Positions 1 through 8,507 of a stretch of 32,667 nt of DNA are shown piece after piece. The position numbers and the translations under genes were made by a program. The notes under the pieces were generated by a model. It made no database searches. It was given only the letters and a program-made list of their open reading frames with translations, and had not been told where the DNA came from. The DNA is taken from contig JAUZPC010000001.1 in the NCBI GenBank assembly GCA_030706105.1, forward strand, positions 1 to 32,667, read 5' to 3'. Each line of letters begins with the position of its first letter. Position 1 is the stretch's first letter. Source of the DNA: Bacteroidota bacterium (GTDB lineage Bacteria; Bacteroidota; Ignavibacteria; Ignavibacteriales; Ignavibacteriaceae).

Positions 1-809
1 GTTATTACTCTCACAAATCTGCCAAGAGAGTATATAGTTTCAATTCCGAAAGCATCGGACATTTTAGAATCAACCGCAAGTATTGCAATTAGAGCTTTGC
101 CATAAAAGAGCGGAACTCCTACAAAGCTTTTTATCCCTTGGTTTGAGCGATAATATCTTATTACATCAATTTCTGCTACGCTGGTAATTTCACTTAATAG
201 TTCAGGTTCAGCTTTCTGCACAATTTTGCTTAAGATATCATCCTCAAGATCAAATTTACGTTTATCTATTTCATTAGAATTGCTTGCAAAAGACTCAATT
301 GATAATTTTTCTTTTTTTCTGTCATACCAAAAGAATATAGCTGTATTAGCATCGTACGCCTCCTTGATTACAGACAATATTTTTTCAAGCACGAAGGAGA
401 ATTGCCCGCCTTGGTCAATGTTCTCCGGAATTACCTCATTGGCGATCTCATCAAATCTCTCCTTAAGATCAGGGGGCTTTAGTGTTTGGCGTGCCCCTTG
501 AACATGTTTCGTAATATCAAAGGTTTTAGGCTCTACCGCTTTATGTTGCGAAATGATTTCAAATGATTCGTCCATGTCCGGTTCAATTGTCGGATTAGGA
601 GGAATATCTGCATACATTGTTTGATCAGGAATACTTTCAGATTCAAATTTAAAGTTCTCCCTTAAAAAGACAACAAACCCTACTAATATAAGTTGAAATA
701 TTGCTACTGTTATCTTCACGAACAAATCAATTCCGGGGATTACTAAAAAGATCGTAAAAATGAAGATCAAACTAAATATTGCAATTCTTTTTTTCTGTAT
801 TCTATCCAT
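1..809 (-). CDS. Membrane-anchored GAF-domain sensor protein, partial (C-terminus lies beyond base 1)
   Basis: Absent from the ORF track because no stop codon lies inside the window. Hand translation of the minus strand from ATG (807-809) stays open to base 1, about 269 codons. It begins MDRIQKKRIAIFSLIFIFTIFLVIPGIDLFVKITVAIFQLILVGFVVFLRENF, which looks like two hydrophobic helices. Later it reads ...AYDANTAIFFWYDRKKEKLSIESF...GIKSFVGVPLFYGKALIAILAVDSKMSDAFG, a pattern typical of GAF domains. The domain call is by eye only. Confidence 0.7.
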   Translation of the reverse strand, partial: MDRIQKKRIAIFSLIFIFTIFLVIPGIDLFVKITVAIFQLILVGFVVFLRENFKFESESIPDQTMYADIPPNPTIEPDMDESFEIISQHKAVEPKTFDITKHVQGARQTLKPPDLKERFDEIANEVIPENIDQGGQFSFVLEKILSVIKEAYDANTAIFFWYDRKKEKLSIESFASNSNEIDKRKFDLEDDILSKIVQKAEPELLSEITSVAEIDVIRYYRSNQGIKSFVGVPLFYGKALIAILAVDSKMSDAFGIETIYSLGRFVRVI

Positions 810-831
810 TATTTAAATTCTTGTTTTAATA

Positions 832-861
832 TACTGCAACAAAAGTATATATTTTGCAGTA
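832..861. repeat. 8-bp perfect inverted repeat TACTGCAA-N14-TTGCAGTA upstream of the GAF gene (possible operator)
   Basis: Arms at 832-839 and 854-861 are exact reverse complements. On the minus strand the 14-nt spacer (840-853) contains TACTTTTG, a TAnnTTTG-like -7 element. The repeat lies 23-52 nt upstream of the ATG at 809. No function has been shown. Confidence 0.3.
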
Positions 862-1099
862 AAGGAATATAATTCATTTTTTGCTAAATTTAAAATTTAT
901 CGAATCATTTTTTGTTTTTTTAGCTTTTTATTTCCGAAATGAAGTATGATTTTTGCACTTTGTAAAACTCATATTTTTTAAAAAATTCTTCATTGTATCA
1001 TGTTGATGCACAACAATGTATAAAAGGAGGAAACCACCCGTTATTTAAAACAAAATTTTCTATCTGATCTTATTGGGGAAACAAGATATGTTTTATTAA

Positions 1100-1687
1100 T
1101 TATTTGTAGAATAAAGAAGAGATTCTGCTTAAGACTTCTTTCTTACCGGTACCTTTAATTGAAGAGAACTGCATTAAATTATCACCGTAAGACAGCTCTG
1201 GAAAGAAATTAGTTATTTTCTTTTTTGCAAGTGCTATTTCAGACTGGCTGAGCTTATCTATCTTATTTAAAATTACGATATATGGTAAGTCTATCTCCCT
1301 TAACAGCATATTTAAGTGCAGATCCGATTCCAGGGGGTCATGTCTGCTGTCAATCAGGTGAAAAGCCAGAGATACATACCCAGACTGCTCAAGAAATTCA
1401 TCAATTAGTTTTGCCCAATTGTCTCGCTCCGTTTTTGCAGTTTTTGCATAACCGAATCCGGGCAAATCTACCATATACAATTTATCATCGACATTATAAT
1501 AATTCATAGACCGGGTTTTACCTGGGGTAGAACTTGTCTTAGCAAGATTTTTACGGTTAAAAATGCTGTTGATAAAAGATGACTTGCCTACATTTGAGCG
1601 GCCGCATAGTATTATTTCAGGTCGCCTGGGAGAAGGGATCTCTTTGAGACTGTATACAGGTTTTATGAATTCTAATTTATTAAACAT
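1100..1687 (-). CDS. engB: Ribosome biogenesis GTP-binding protein EngB/YsxC/YihA
   Basis: 195-aa ORF. It has G1 GRSNVGKSS, G3 DLPGFGY and G4 NKIDK in the EngB arrangement, with about 30 residues before the P-loop as in EngB. ATG start at 1685-1687. Confidence 0.9.
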   Translation of the reverse strand: MFNKLEFIKPVYSLKEIPSPRRPEIILCGRSNVGKSSFINSIFNRKNLAKTSSTPGKTRSMNYYNVDDKLYMVDLPGFGYAKTAKTERDNWAKLIDEFLEQSGYVSLAFHLIDSRHDPLESDLHLNMLLREIDLPYIVILNKIDKLSQSEIALAKKKITNFFPELSYGDNLMQFSSIKGTGKKEVLSRISSLFYK

Positions 1688-1690
1688 AAT

Positions 1691-1726
1691 AAAAAAAAAA
1701 GAGTAACCTTAAAGTAAAGGTTACTC
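1691..1726 (-). terminator. Rho-independent terminator after rplQ (end of alpha operon)
   Basis: The minus-strand RNA is GAGUAACCUU-UACUUU-AAGGUUACUC, a perfect 10-bp stem (1717-1726 and 1701-1710) with a 6-nt loop. It is followed by U10 (1691-1700). It lies 28 nt after the rplQ TAG stop. Confidence 0.85.
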
Positions 1727-1754
1727 TAAATAATATAAAGTTTATTTATGAAAA

Positions 1755-2237
1755 CTATTTTTCAGTTTCTTCAACAACTTTAGCTTCAGAAACTTTTTCT
1801 TCAGCTACAGCCTCTTTTTTCTGTTCAGCTTTCACTTCACGTTGATTTTTGCGTTCTTCAGCTTTTTTATTAGCGATATCGTTATAATCAACTAATTCTA
1901 CAATAGCCATTTCCGCAGCATCACCTAATCTGTTTCCAAGTTTAATTACGCGTGTATATCCACCTGGTCTGTCGCCAATTTTTCCAATAATTTCGCTAAA
2001 AAGTTCTTTTGTAACTTCTTTTTCATAAAGTACACTCATAACTTGTCTTCTAGCATGAAGATCATTCTTTTTAGCAGTAGTAATTAATTGGTCAACATAT
2101 CTTTTAACTTCTTTAGCCTTAGCCAAAGTAGTTTTAATTCTTTTATGCTTAAGCAAAGAAGTTGCTAACATTCTTAGTAAGGCAGCTCTATGGCTTGCAG
2201 TTCTCTGTAATTTTCTACCTTTATTTCCGTGTCTCAT
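1755..2237 (-). CDS. rplQ: 50S ribosomal protein L17 with long K/E-rich C-terminal tail
   Basis: 160 aa. MRHGNKGRKLQRTASHRAALLRMLATSLL... is the canonical L17 N-terminus. The conserved core ends at ...AEMAIVELV (residue 116), followed by a 44-aa K/E/A-rich tail. ATG start. Its position after rpoA matches the alpha operon. Confidence 0.97.
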   Translation of the reverse strand: MRHGNKGRKLQRTASHRAALLRMLATSLLKHKRIKTTLAKAKEVKRYVDQLITTAKKNDLHARRQVMSVLYEKEVTKELFSEIIGKIGDRPGGYTRVIKLGNRLGDAAEMAIVELVDYNDIANKKAEERKNQREVKAEQKKEAVAEEKVSEAKVVEETEK

Positions 2238-2259
2238 TTAATAACCTTCATCTAAAATT

Positions 2260-3255
2260 TTAAATATTATCGGAATCATCTTTAAGATAAGCATCAACAT
2301 CCATTCCGAAGTCAAGGCCTAATGTTTCCACAATTTCCATTAATTCAGCTAAAGACTTTCTTCCGAAATTTCTGAAACGCAACATTTCAGATTCATCTTT
2401 TCTAACTAATTCTGCCAAATTTTTAATATTGGCTGCTTTAAGACAATTGTGAGATCTAACGCTCAATTCCAAATCATCAACGTTAGTAAGTAATATTTTT
2501 CTAATTCTTTCTCTTTCGCTGTCGCGTTGGCTGGAAGCTTGTTCTTCTTCCTGATCGATATCAAAATTGATGAACAACTGAATATGATCTCTTAATATTT
2601 TTGCCGCCTGTGTTAATGCATCATCAGGGGTTATTGATCCGTCGCTTGAAATATCCAGAGTTAATTTTTCATAGTCATTTTTATCTCCGATACGAACATT
2701 TTCGACATCATATTTTACATTCTTAATAGGAGTAAAAATAGAGTCAATAGGAATCATTCCAATACTGTGTTCAGGAGAAGCGTTTTCAGTAGAAGGGACA
2801 TAACCTTTGCCTCTTCCAACTCTAATTTCAACGTCAAATTTAGCATTTTTATTAAGTGTTGCTATATGCAAATCAGGATTAAGGATTTCAATTTCCGAAC
2901 TCTGTCTTTGAATATCAGCCGCGGTAAAAACACCTTCACCAGCAAAAGAAATATCAATTTTATTAGGCTTCTTAGTTAAGAACTTCATTCTAACTTGTTT
3001 AAGATTAAGAATGATTTCAGAAACATCTTCAACCACACCCTCAATAGTAGAGAACTCATGCAATACATTGGTAAATTTAACCGCAGTAATTGCAGCTCCT
3101 GAAAGTGAAGAAAGCAAAACTCGTCTTATAGAATTGCCTAAAGTAACACCGTAACCTCTTTCCAACGGCTGAAGATAAAACCTCCCAAAAGTATTAGTAT
3201 AACTAGTCTCATCAAGAACAACTGCTTCTGGCATCTTTATATATGAAAGGCTCAT
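2260..3255 (-). CDS. rpoA: DNA-directed RNA polymerase subunit alpha
   Basis: 331 aa. N-terminal domain motif GVTLGNSIRRVLLSS and C-terminal domain motif LELSVRSHNCLKAANIKNLAELV. Sits in alpha-operon context. Confidence 0.98.
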   Translation of the reverse strand: MSLSYIKMPEAVVLDETSYTNTFGRFYLQPLERGYGVTLGNSIRRVLLSSLSGAAITAVKFTNVLHEFSTIEGVVEDVSEIILNLKQVRMKFLTKKPNKIDISFAGEGVFTAADIQRQSSEIEILNPDLHIATLNKNAKFDVEIRVGRGKGYVPSTENASPEHSIGMIPIDSIFTPIKNVKYDVENVRIGDKNDYEKLTLDISSDGSITPDDALTQAAKILRDHIQLFINFDIDQEEEQASSQRDSERERIRKILLTNVDDLELSVRSHNCLKAANIKNLAELVRKDESEMLRFRNFGRKSLAELMEIVETLGLDFGMDVDAYLKDDSDNI

Positions 3256-3288
3256 TTATTAATCCTAAAATTAATCTAAAAAAATGAA

Positions 3289-3915
3289 TTATTTTGAATA
3301 AAGCTCAACAACTAATTGCTCGTTAGCATTAAGCGGTATGTCAACACGCTCCGGTACCTGTAAAAATGTACCTGAGAGTGAAGCTTTATCCACAGATAAC
3401 CATGAATAAGTATGGTCTTTAACTCTTTTTAATGAGTCATGAATTGCTTCAAGCTGTTTACTCTTATCTTTAATTTTAATTGAATCACCAGGTTTAAGAA
3501 TATACGAAGGTATATCAACTAACTTATTGTTAACCAATATATGTCTGTGCCTGATAAGCTGACGAGCCTGCTTACGTGATGAAGCGAAGCCTAAACGATG
3601 TAAAACATTATCTAAGCGGCTTTCCAGTAATTTTATCAGGTTTTCACCGGTAATACCTTTTGCTTTATTAGCAATTGCGAAATAGATTCTGAACTGGGTT
3701 TCCAAAAGGCCATAAATTCTTTTGATCTTCTGTTTTTCTCTTAACTGAATTCCATATTCAGAAACTTTATTTTTTCTGGAATTGCCATGCTGTCCCGGAG
3801 GATATGCTCTAATTTCTACAGGACATTTCTCACTATAGCATTTTTGTCCTTTTAAAAATAATTTCTGTCTCTCTCTTCTGCATAGCTTGCAAACTGAATC
3901 TGTGTATCTTGCCAT
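3289..3915 (-). CDS. rpsD: 30S ribosomal protein S4
   Basis: 208 aa. [23 protein letters not shown]... is the typical S4 N-terminus, and the C-terminal S4 RNA-binding domain has ...[35 protein letters not shown] lies upstream of the ATG. Confidence 0.97.
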   Translation of the reverse strand: MARYTDSVCKLCRRERQKLFLKGQKCYSEKCPVEIRAYPPGQHGNSRKNKVSEYGIQLREKQKIKRIYGLLETQFRIYFAIANKAKGITGENLIKLLESRLDNVLHRLGFASSRKQARQLIRHRHILVNNKLVDIPSYILKPGDSIKIKDKSKQLEAIHDSLKRVKDHTYSWLSVDKASLSGTFLQVPERVDIPLNANEQLVVELYSK

Positions 3916-3935
3916 TTATTTTAATACTCCAATAA

Positions 3936-4322
3936 TTATACTCTTCTCCTCTTTGGCGGTCTGCAACCGTTATGAGGAATCGGTGTAACGTCTTTAATAG
4001 AACTTATTTCTAATCCGGCAGTGTTCAATGCTCTTATAGCAGCCTCACGGCCTGAGCCAGGGCCTTTTACAAGCACTTCAACTTTCCTTAGCCCTAAATC
4101 AAAAGCCTCTTTTGCAGCAGCTTCAGCAGAAACCTGTGCAGCATAAGGGGTATTTTTACGGGAACCCTTAAAGCCGTTTTTACCGGCAGAAGACCAAGAG
4201 ATAGTATTGCCATAAATATCGGTTATAGAAACTATAACATTGTTAAAGGTTGCCTTTACATGGGCAACGCCATTCGAATCTACGTGTGATTTCTTTTTTG
4301 TTTTTTTTGCAACTTTTGCCAA
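3936..4322 (-). CDS. rpsK: 30S ribosomal protein S11
   Basis: 128 aa. Contains [18 protein letters not shown] and the C-terminal [13 protein letters not shown]. The start codon is TTG (4320-4322), 8 nt after GGAGG. Confidence 0.97.
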   Translation of the reverse strand: MAKVAKKTKKKSHVDSNGVAHVKATFNNVIVSITDIYGNTISWSSAGKNGFKGSRKNTPYAAQVSAEAAAKEAFDLGLRKVEVLVKGPGSGREAAIRALNTAGLEISSIKDVTPIPHNGCRPPKRRRV

Positions 4323-4348
4323 AACTTAAACCTCCGGTTAACAAACCA

Positions 4349-4732
4349 TTATTTCTTAGATGGTGCTTTTTTCTTACCTGCTACAGTTTTACGTTTACCC
4401 TTACGTGTACGAGAATTTGTTCTTGTTCTCTGTCCACGTGCCGGTAAGCTGCGTCTGTGCCTAACACCGCGGTAAGTTCCAATATCCATCAACCTTTTTA
4501 TATTTTGCTGTACTTCAGAACGTAAGGCACCTTCCACCTTATAATCTGAGGTCATGATAGCTCTTATCTGAGCAATTTCTTCATCATTTAAATCGGCAAC
4601 TTTTTTATCCGGGCTAACTTCCGCTTTCTTTAATATTTCTGCAGAAACGCTAGGACCTACACCGAAAATGTATTGTAGCCCATAAAGGACTTTTTTGTTT
4701 TTTGGTAAATCTACACCAGCTATACGAGCCAA
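4349..4732 (-). CDS. rpsM: 30S ribosomal protein S13
   Basis: 127 aa. [15 protein letters not shown]... and ...[20 protein letters not shown]. The start codon is TTG (4730-4732), 7 nt after AAGGAG. Confidence 0.97.
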   Translation of the reverse strand: MARIAGVDLPKNKKVLYGLQYIFGVGPSVSAEILKKAEVSPDKKVADLNDEEIAQIRAIMTSDYKVEGALRSEVQQNIKRLMDIGTYRGVRHRRSLPARGQRTRTNSRTRKGKRKTVAGKKKAPSKK

Positions 4733-4754
4733 TTAATATCTCCTTACTTTAAGA

Positions 4755-4868
4755 TTAACCTTGACGCTGTTTGTGTTTGGGATTCTTACAAATAACCCTA
4801 ACAACGCCTTTACGTTTAATTACTTTGCAATTTTCGCAAATCTTTTTTACAGATGATCTGACTTTCAT
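4755..4868 (-). CDS. rpmJ: 50S ribosomal protein L36 (zinc-binding C-x2-C ... C-x4-H form)
   Basis: Too short for the ORF track. Hand translation from ATG (4866-4868) to TAA (4755-4757) gives [37 protein letters not shown], 37 aa, a near-consensus L36. It sits between infA and rpsM as expected. Confidence 0.95.
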   Translation of the reverse strand: MKVRSSVKKICENCKVIKRKGVVRVICKNPKHKQRQG

Positions 4869-4880
4869 TTAATCTCTCCG

Positions 4881-5099
4881 TTATTTGTATCTATAGGTAA
4901 TTCTACCTTTTGTTAGGTCATAGGGTGAAAGTTCTATGGATACCCTGTCTCCTACCAATATTTTAATAAAGTGCATTCTCATTTTACCTGATATATGCGC
5001 TAATATTTCATGTCCATTATCCAATTTCACTTTAAAATGTGCATTGGGTAATGTATCTGTAATTATTCCGTCAACTTTTATTGGACCTTGTTTAGCCAT
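4881..5099 (-). CDS. infA: Translation initiation factor IF-1
   Basis: [72 protein letters not shown], 72 aa, the canonical IF-1 S1-like fold sequence. I prefer the ATG at 5097-5099 over the track's TTG at 5103-5105. This ATG overlaps the map stop as TAATG. Confidence 0.95.
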   Translation of the reverse strand: MAKQGPIKVDGIITDTLPNAHFKVKLDNGHEILAHISGKMRMHFIKILVGDRVSIELSPYDLTKGRITYRYK

Positions 5100-5863
5100 T
5101 AACAAACCGTTAGTATTTCAGGTGTATTGTTGTTTATCACAATAGAATGTTCAAAATGCGCCGAGGCTTCACCATCGGCAGTTAATATAGTCCATCCATC
5201 TCTTGCTTGGAATACATCATATGTACCAACGTTTATCATCGGTTCTATTGCTATTGTCATTCCATTCTTTAGCTTTGCTCCGGTACCTTTTCTTCCATAA
5301 TTTGGAACGGACGGATCTTCGTGCAAATGCTTTCCAACTCCATGTCCGACTAATGCTCTTACAACTGAAAATCCATTACTCTCAACATATTCTTGAACAG
5401 CTGCTGATATATCATGCACACGGTTATTGGCTTTTGCTTCTTCTATTCCTTTATATAAAGACTGTTCGGTTACTTCCATCAGTCTTTTTTTTGTATCGGA
5501 TATTTCACCGACTGCAACAGTAATAGCAGCATCACCATAATAACCGTTCTTTTTTACTCCCATATCTATGGAAATAATCTCACCATTTTTAAGAACTCTT
5601 AAGCCGGGGATTCCATGCACAACCTGATCATCAACAGACGCGCAAATTGTTCCGGGAAAATCTATTGAAGATCCGCCCTGCGAATATCCTTTAAATGCCG
5701 GCGTTGCATTATTACTAAGTACAAAATCTTCAGCTATTTTATCTAATTCTTCTGTACTAATTCCTTCTTTAACGTAACCTTTTAAGAGCTGCAGAGTTTT
5801 TGCGACAATCACACAACTCTCACGAATTAAATCGATTTCTCTTTTTGTTTTTATTAAGATCAC
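5099..5863 (-). CDS. map: Type I methionine aminopeptidase
   Basis: 254 aa. Metal-ligand context ...[12 protein letters not shown]..., ...ISIDMG..., ...[11 protein letters not shown]..., ...TIAIEPM... and ...HFEHSIV are typical of MetAP. GTG start (5861-5863), 6 nt after the secY stop. Confidence 0.95.
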   Translation of the reverse strand: MILIKTKREIDLIRESCVIVAKTLQLLKGYVKEGISTEELDKIAEDFVLSNNATPAFKGYSQGGSSIDFPGTICASVDDQVVHGIPGLRVLKNGEIISIDMGVKKNGYYGDAAITVAVGEISDTKKRLMEVTEQSLYKGIEEAKANNRVHDISAAVQEYVESNGFSVVRALVGHGVGKHLHEDPSVPNYGRKGTGAKLKNGMTIAIEPMINVGTYDVFQARDGWTILTADGEASAHFEHSIVINNNTPEILTVC

Positions 5864-5869
5864 TTAATC

Positions 5870-7204
5870 TTATCTTCGTCCTCTTAATTTACCGGATTTC
5901 ATAAATCCGTCATAATGTCTCATCAATAAATGAGATTCAATCTGTTGGAGTGTATCTAAAGCTACACCAACCATAATTAGTAAACTCGTTCCACCGAAAA
6001 ACTGTGCAAACTGACCAGAAACACCCCAAGCAGAAACAAATGCTGGTAATATAGCAATAATTGCTAAGAAAAATGATCCTGGTAATGTAATCTTTGTCAA
6101 AATGTTATCAATAAAATCTGATGTCTGTTTTCCCGGCCTTATGCCTGGGATAAATCCGCCCTGCTTTTTCATATTGTCTGCTACATCTTTTGGATTAAAA
6201 GCAATCGCAGTATAAAAATATGTAAAGAACACAATCATCAGAGCATATATTGTAGAATAAACCGGTGACTGGTAATGGAATAACGTTGCAACTTTCTGCA
6301 AGAATTCATTATTCGGGAAAAATGCCAGAACAGTATTAGGAATAAACATAATTGACTGAGCAAAAATAATAGGCATTACTCCGGCAGTATTAACTCTCAA
6401 CGGAATATACTGTGTAACTCCACCATATACTTTTCTGCCAACAACTCTTTTTGCATACTGAACAGGTATTCTTCTTGTACCTTGAGTAACCAGAACTACT
6501 CCTGCAATAATTAAAACCATAAGAATTAATATTATGATTTCAATTATTATACTGCGTGTACCGGCAGAAATCATTCTATATTCATCCAACAATGCAAATG
6601 GGAACCTATTGATAATTCCAATAAAGATAATAAGTGAAATACCGTTTCCGATACCTTTATCAGTAATCTGTTCACCAAGCCACATCATAAAGATTGTACC
6701 TGCAGTTAATATTACTATGGTAGACATAACCCATCCAAATCCGTAAACTTGAGCCGGGATAATAGGAGCACCACTTACATTTAGATTATTTAATCTAACA
6801 GTAACACCCCATGCCTGCATAGCAGCAATCACAACAGTACCGTAACGGGTTAACTGTGTAATTTTCTTACGTCCATCTTCGCCTTCTTGCTGCAATTTCT
6901 GGAAGTAAGGAACAACTGCACCCATAAGCTGTAAGATAATGGAGGCCGAAATATAAGGCATAATACCTAATGCAAATATTGCTGCATTGGAAAACGCCCC
7001 TCCGACAAACAAATCGTATAAACCAAACAAGCTGTCTGAATTTTGCTGGTTCATGCTTTGGGCTAATAGAGCAGAGTCAATTCCGGGAATCGTAATATGA
7101 GCACCAACTCTAACAATAATAAGCAATGCCAATGAATATATAATTCTCTGGCGTAGCTCATGAATTTTGAAAATGTTACGAAAAGTTTCTGTAAAAGTTG
7201 CCAT
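5870..7204 (-). CDS. secY: Preprotein translocase subunit SecY
   Basis: 444 aa and multi-pass hydrophobic. Contains ...GIMPYISASIILQLM... and ...GGFIPGIRPGKQT..., which are conserved SecY motifs. Follows rplO as in spc operons. Confidence 0.97.
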   Translation of the reverse strand: MATFTETFRNIFKIHELRQRIIYSLALLIIVRVGAHITIPGIDSALLAQSMNQQNSDSLFGLYDLFVGGAFSNAAIFALGIMPYISASIILQLMGAVVPYFQKLQQEGEDGRKKITQLTRYGTVVIAAMQAWGVTVRLNNLNVSGAPIIPAQVYGFGWVMSTIVILTAGTIFMMWLGEQITDKGIGNGISLIIFIGIINRFPFALLDEYRMISAGTRSIIIEIIILILMVLIIAGVVLVTQGTRRIPVQYAKRVVGRKVYGGVTQYIPLRVNTAGVMPIIFAQSIMFIPNTVLAFFPNNEFLQKVATLFHYQSPVYSTIYALMIVFFTYFYTAIAFNPKDVADNMKKQGGFIPGIRPGKQTSDFIDNILTKITLPGSFFLAIIAILPAFVSAWGVSGQFAQFFGGTSLLIMVGVALDTLQQIESHLLMRHYDGFMKSGKLRGRR

Positions 7205-7214
7205 TTATATTCGC

Positions 7215-7667
7215 TTAAATCTGTTTAATTGATCCGCCAGCTGCTTCAATTTTTTCTTGAGCTGACTTGCTGAACGCGTTTGCTTCTACATTTAATTTAG
7301 CTGTAATTTTACCACTTCCTAAAACCTTAACAGGTTTTTTGAAACTGGAAATCAAGCCGTTATCTCTAAGGTCCTTCAATGTTACATTACCGTCTTTAAA
7401 TTTTGGTGCAAATGTTTCCAAAGAATGTAAATTTACAACTTGGTAATATACTTTAAAAATGTTAGTAAAGCCAAATTTTGGAATTCTTCTTGAAAGAGGC
7501 ATCTGACCACCTTCAAACCAAGCTCTATGTTTTGAGCCTGAACGTGACATCTGGCCATTCATACCTCTAGTTGCGGTACCGCCATGACCGGATCCTTCTC
7601 CACGGCCTACTCTTTTATTTTTTTTAACAGAACCCTTAGCGTATTTAAGATTGCTTAAAATATCCAT
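7215..7667 (-). CDS. rplO: 50S ribosomal protein L15
   Basis: 150 aa. Contains ...KRVGRGEGSGHGGTATRGMNGQ.SRSG... and ...FEGGQMPLSRRIPK.GF. ATG start. Confidence 0.96.
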   Translation of the reverse strand: MDILSNLKYAKGSVKKNKRVGRGEGSGHGGTATRGMNGQMSRSGSKHRAWFEGGQMPLSRRIPKFGFTNIFKVYYQVVNLHSLETFAPKFKDGNVTLKDLRDNGLISSFKKPVKVLGSGKITAKLNVEANAFSKSAQEKIEAAGGSIKQI

Positions 7668-7678
7668 TGTATAAAACC

Positions 7679-7864
7679 TTAATCTTTAATTTCTTCAACT
7701 TTAACTAAATGAATAACTTTTTTAATCATTCCTCTAATTTGAGGAGTATCAATATGAATTCTTTCCCAATTAGGTCTTCCCAATCCCAAAGCTGCAATTG
7801 TAGCTTTTTGGTCTTTAGGTCTATCTATAACACTTTTTGTTTGAGTCAATTTAATTTTAGCCAT
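7679..7864 (-). CDS. rpmD: 50S ribosomal protein L30
   Basis: 61 aa. MAKIKLTQTKSVIDRPKDQKATIAALGLGR... Its position between rpsE and rplO fits L30. Confidence 0.93.
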   Translation of the reverse strand: MAKIKLTQTKSVIDRPKDQKATIAALGLGRPNWERIHIDTPQIRGMIKKVIHLVKVEEIKD

Positions 7865-7875
7865 GCAATCCTCAC

Positions 7876-8382
7876 TTAGGCATTAAACAATTCGTTAATA
7901 GTCATACTTCTTTTGGCAGCCATTTTCTTAGCGTCTATAATTCTCAATAAACCATTAAGAGTAGCTTTAACTTGATTATGCGGATTTGAAGATCCTAAAG
8001 ATTTTGTAAGGATATTTTCAACCCCGGCAGCTTCTAACACTGCACGTACACCACCGCCGGCAATAAGCCCGGTACCAGGTGAAGCTGGTTTAAGAAGAAC
8101 GCGTCCTGCACCAAATTTACCAATAATTTCATGAGCGACGGTACCCTTTATAATAGAAACCGTTACCAAGTTTTTCTTGGCATCATCAATTCCTTTAGAA
8201 ATAGCATCTGTTACTTCATTAGCTTTACCTAAACCTACACCAACGGTACCTGCGCCATTTCCAACTACAACAATAGCATTAAAGCTGAAACGGCGTCCGC
8301 CTTTTACAACTTTTGCTACTCTATTTATATGAACAACTTTTTCTTTAAAATTGTCTGAATCTGCTTGTTTTACAGTTTTCAA
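7876..8382 (-). CDS. rpsE: 30S ribosomal protein S5
   Basis: 168 aa. Contains ...[43 protein letters not shown] start codon (8380-8382), 8 nt after GGAG. Confidence 0.96.
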   Translation of the reverse strand: MKTVKQADSDNFKEKVVHINRVAKVVKGGRRFSFNAIVVVGNGAGTVGVGLGKANEVTDAISKGIDDAKKNLVTVSIIKGTVAHEIIGKFGAGRVLLKPASPGTGLIAGGGVRAVLEAAGVENILTKSLGSSNPHNQVKATLNGLLRIIDAKKMAAKRSMTINELFNA

Positions 8383-8436
8383 TTAATACTCCGATTATGC
8401 TCTTAGAAATTAATTTAACTTAATTTATTTTTATTG

Positions 8437-8507
8437 CTGCCGGAAGAGGATTCGAACCTCTACAGACGCCTCCAAAGGGCGTAGTCCTACCATTAGACGA
8501 TCCGGCA
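8437..8507 (-). tRNA. tRNA-Gln (anticodon UUG), located inside the spc operon
   Basis: The hand-folded cloverleaf is UGCCGGA UC GUCU AAUGGUA GGAC U ACGCC CUUUGGA GGCGU CUGU AGAGG UUCGAAU CCUCU UCCGGCA G. All four stems pair; the only non-Watson-Crick pair is one G-U in the D stem. It has U33, the GG in the D loop and a UUCGAAU T-loop. The U1:A72 pair and G73 discriminator are as in bacterial tRNA-Gln. No CCA is encoded. It is on the same strand as the flanking genes. Confidence 0.85.

Noticed and set aside
226-501. 91-aa plus-strand ORF from the track
   Set aside because: It lies entirely antisense to the open minus-strand GAF-domain reading frame (1-809). Its sequence is S/L/I-rich low complexity with no SD, as expected for the antisense of an AT-rich gene.
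991-1017. Imperfect nested hairpin (CATTG..TTG..CAA..CAATG) followed by a U-run on the minus strand, considered as the engB terminator
   Set aside because: The stem is short, AT-rich and interrupted by a 7-nt bulge. I cannot support it as a terminator without a folding calculation.
1024-1030. Strong Shine-Dalgarno-like AAGGAGG on the plus strand in the engB-GAF spacer, suggesting a hidden plus-strand small gene
   Set aside because: No ATG/GTG/TTG at suitable spacing opens a reading frame. The nearest plus-strand ATGs (1001, 1088) give peptides of 7 and 3 codons. It is probably fortuitous.
5100-5105. TTG start for infA given by the track (MLMAKQ...)
   Set aside because: The ATG at 5097-5099 gives the canonical 72-aa IF-1 (MAKQ...). 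It also forms a TAATG overlap with the map stop, typical of translational coupling.
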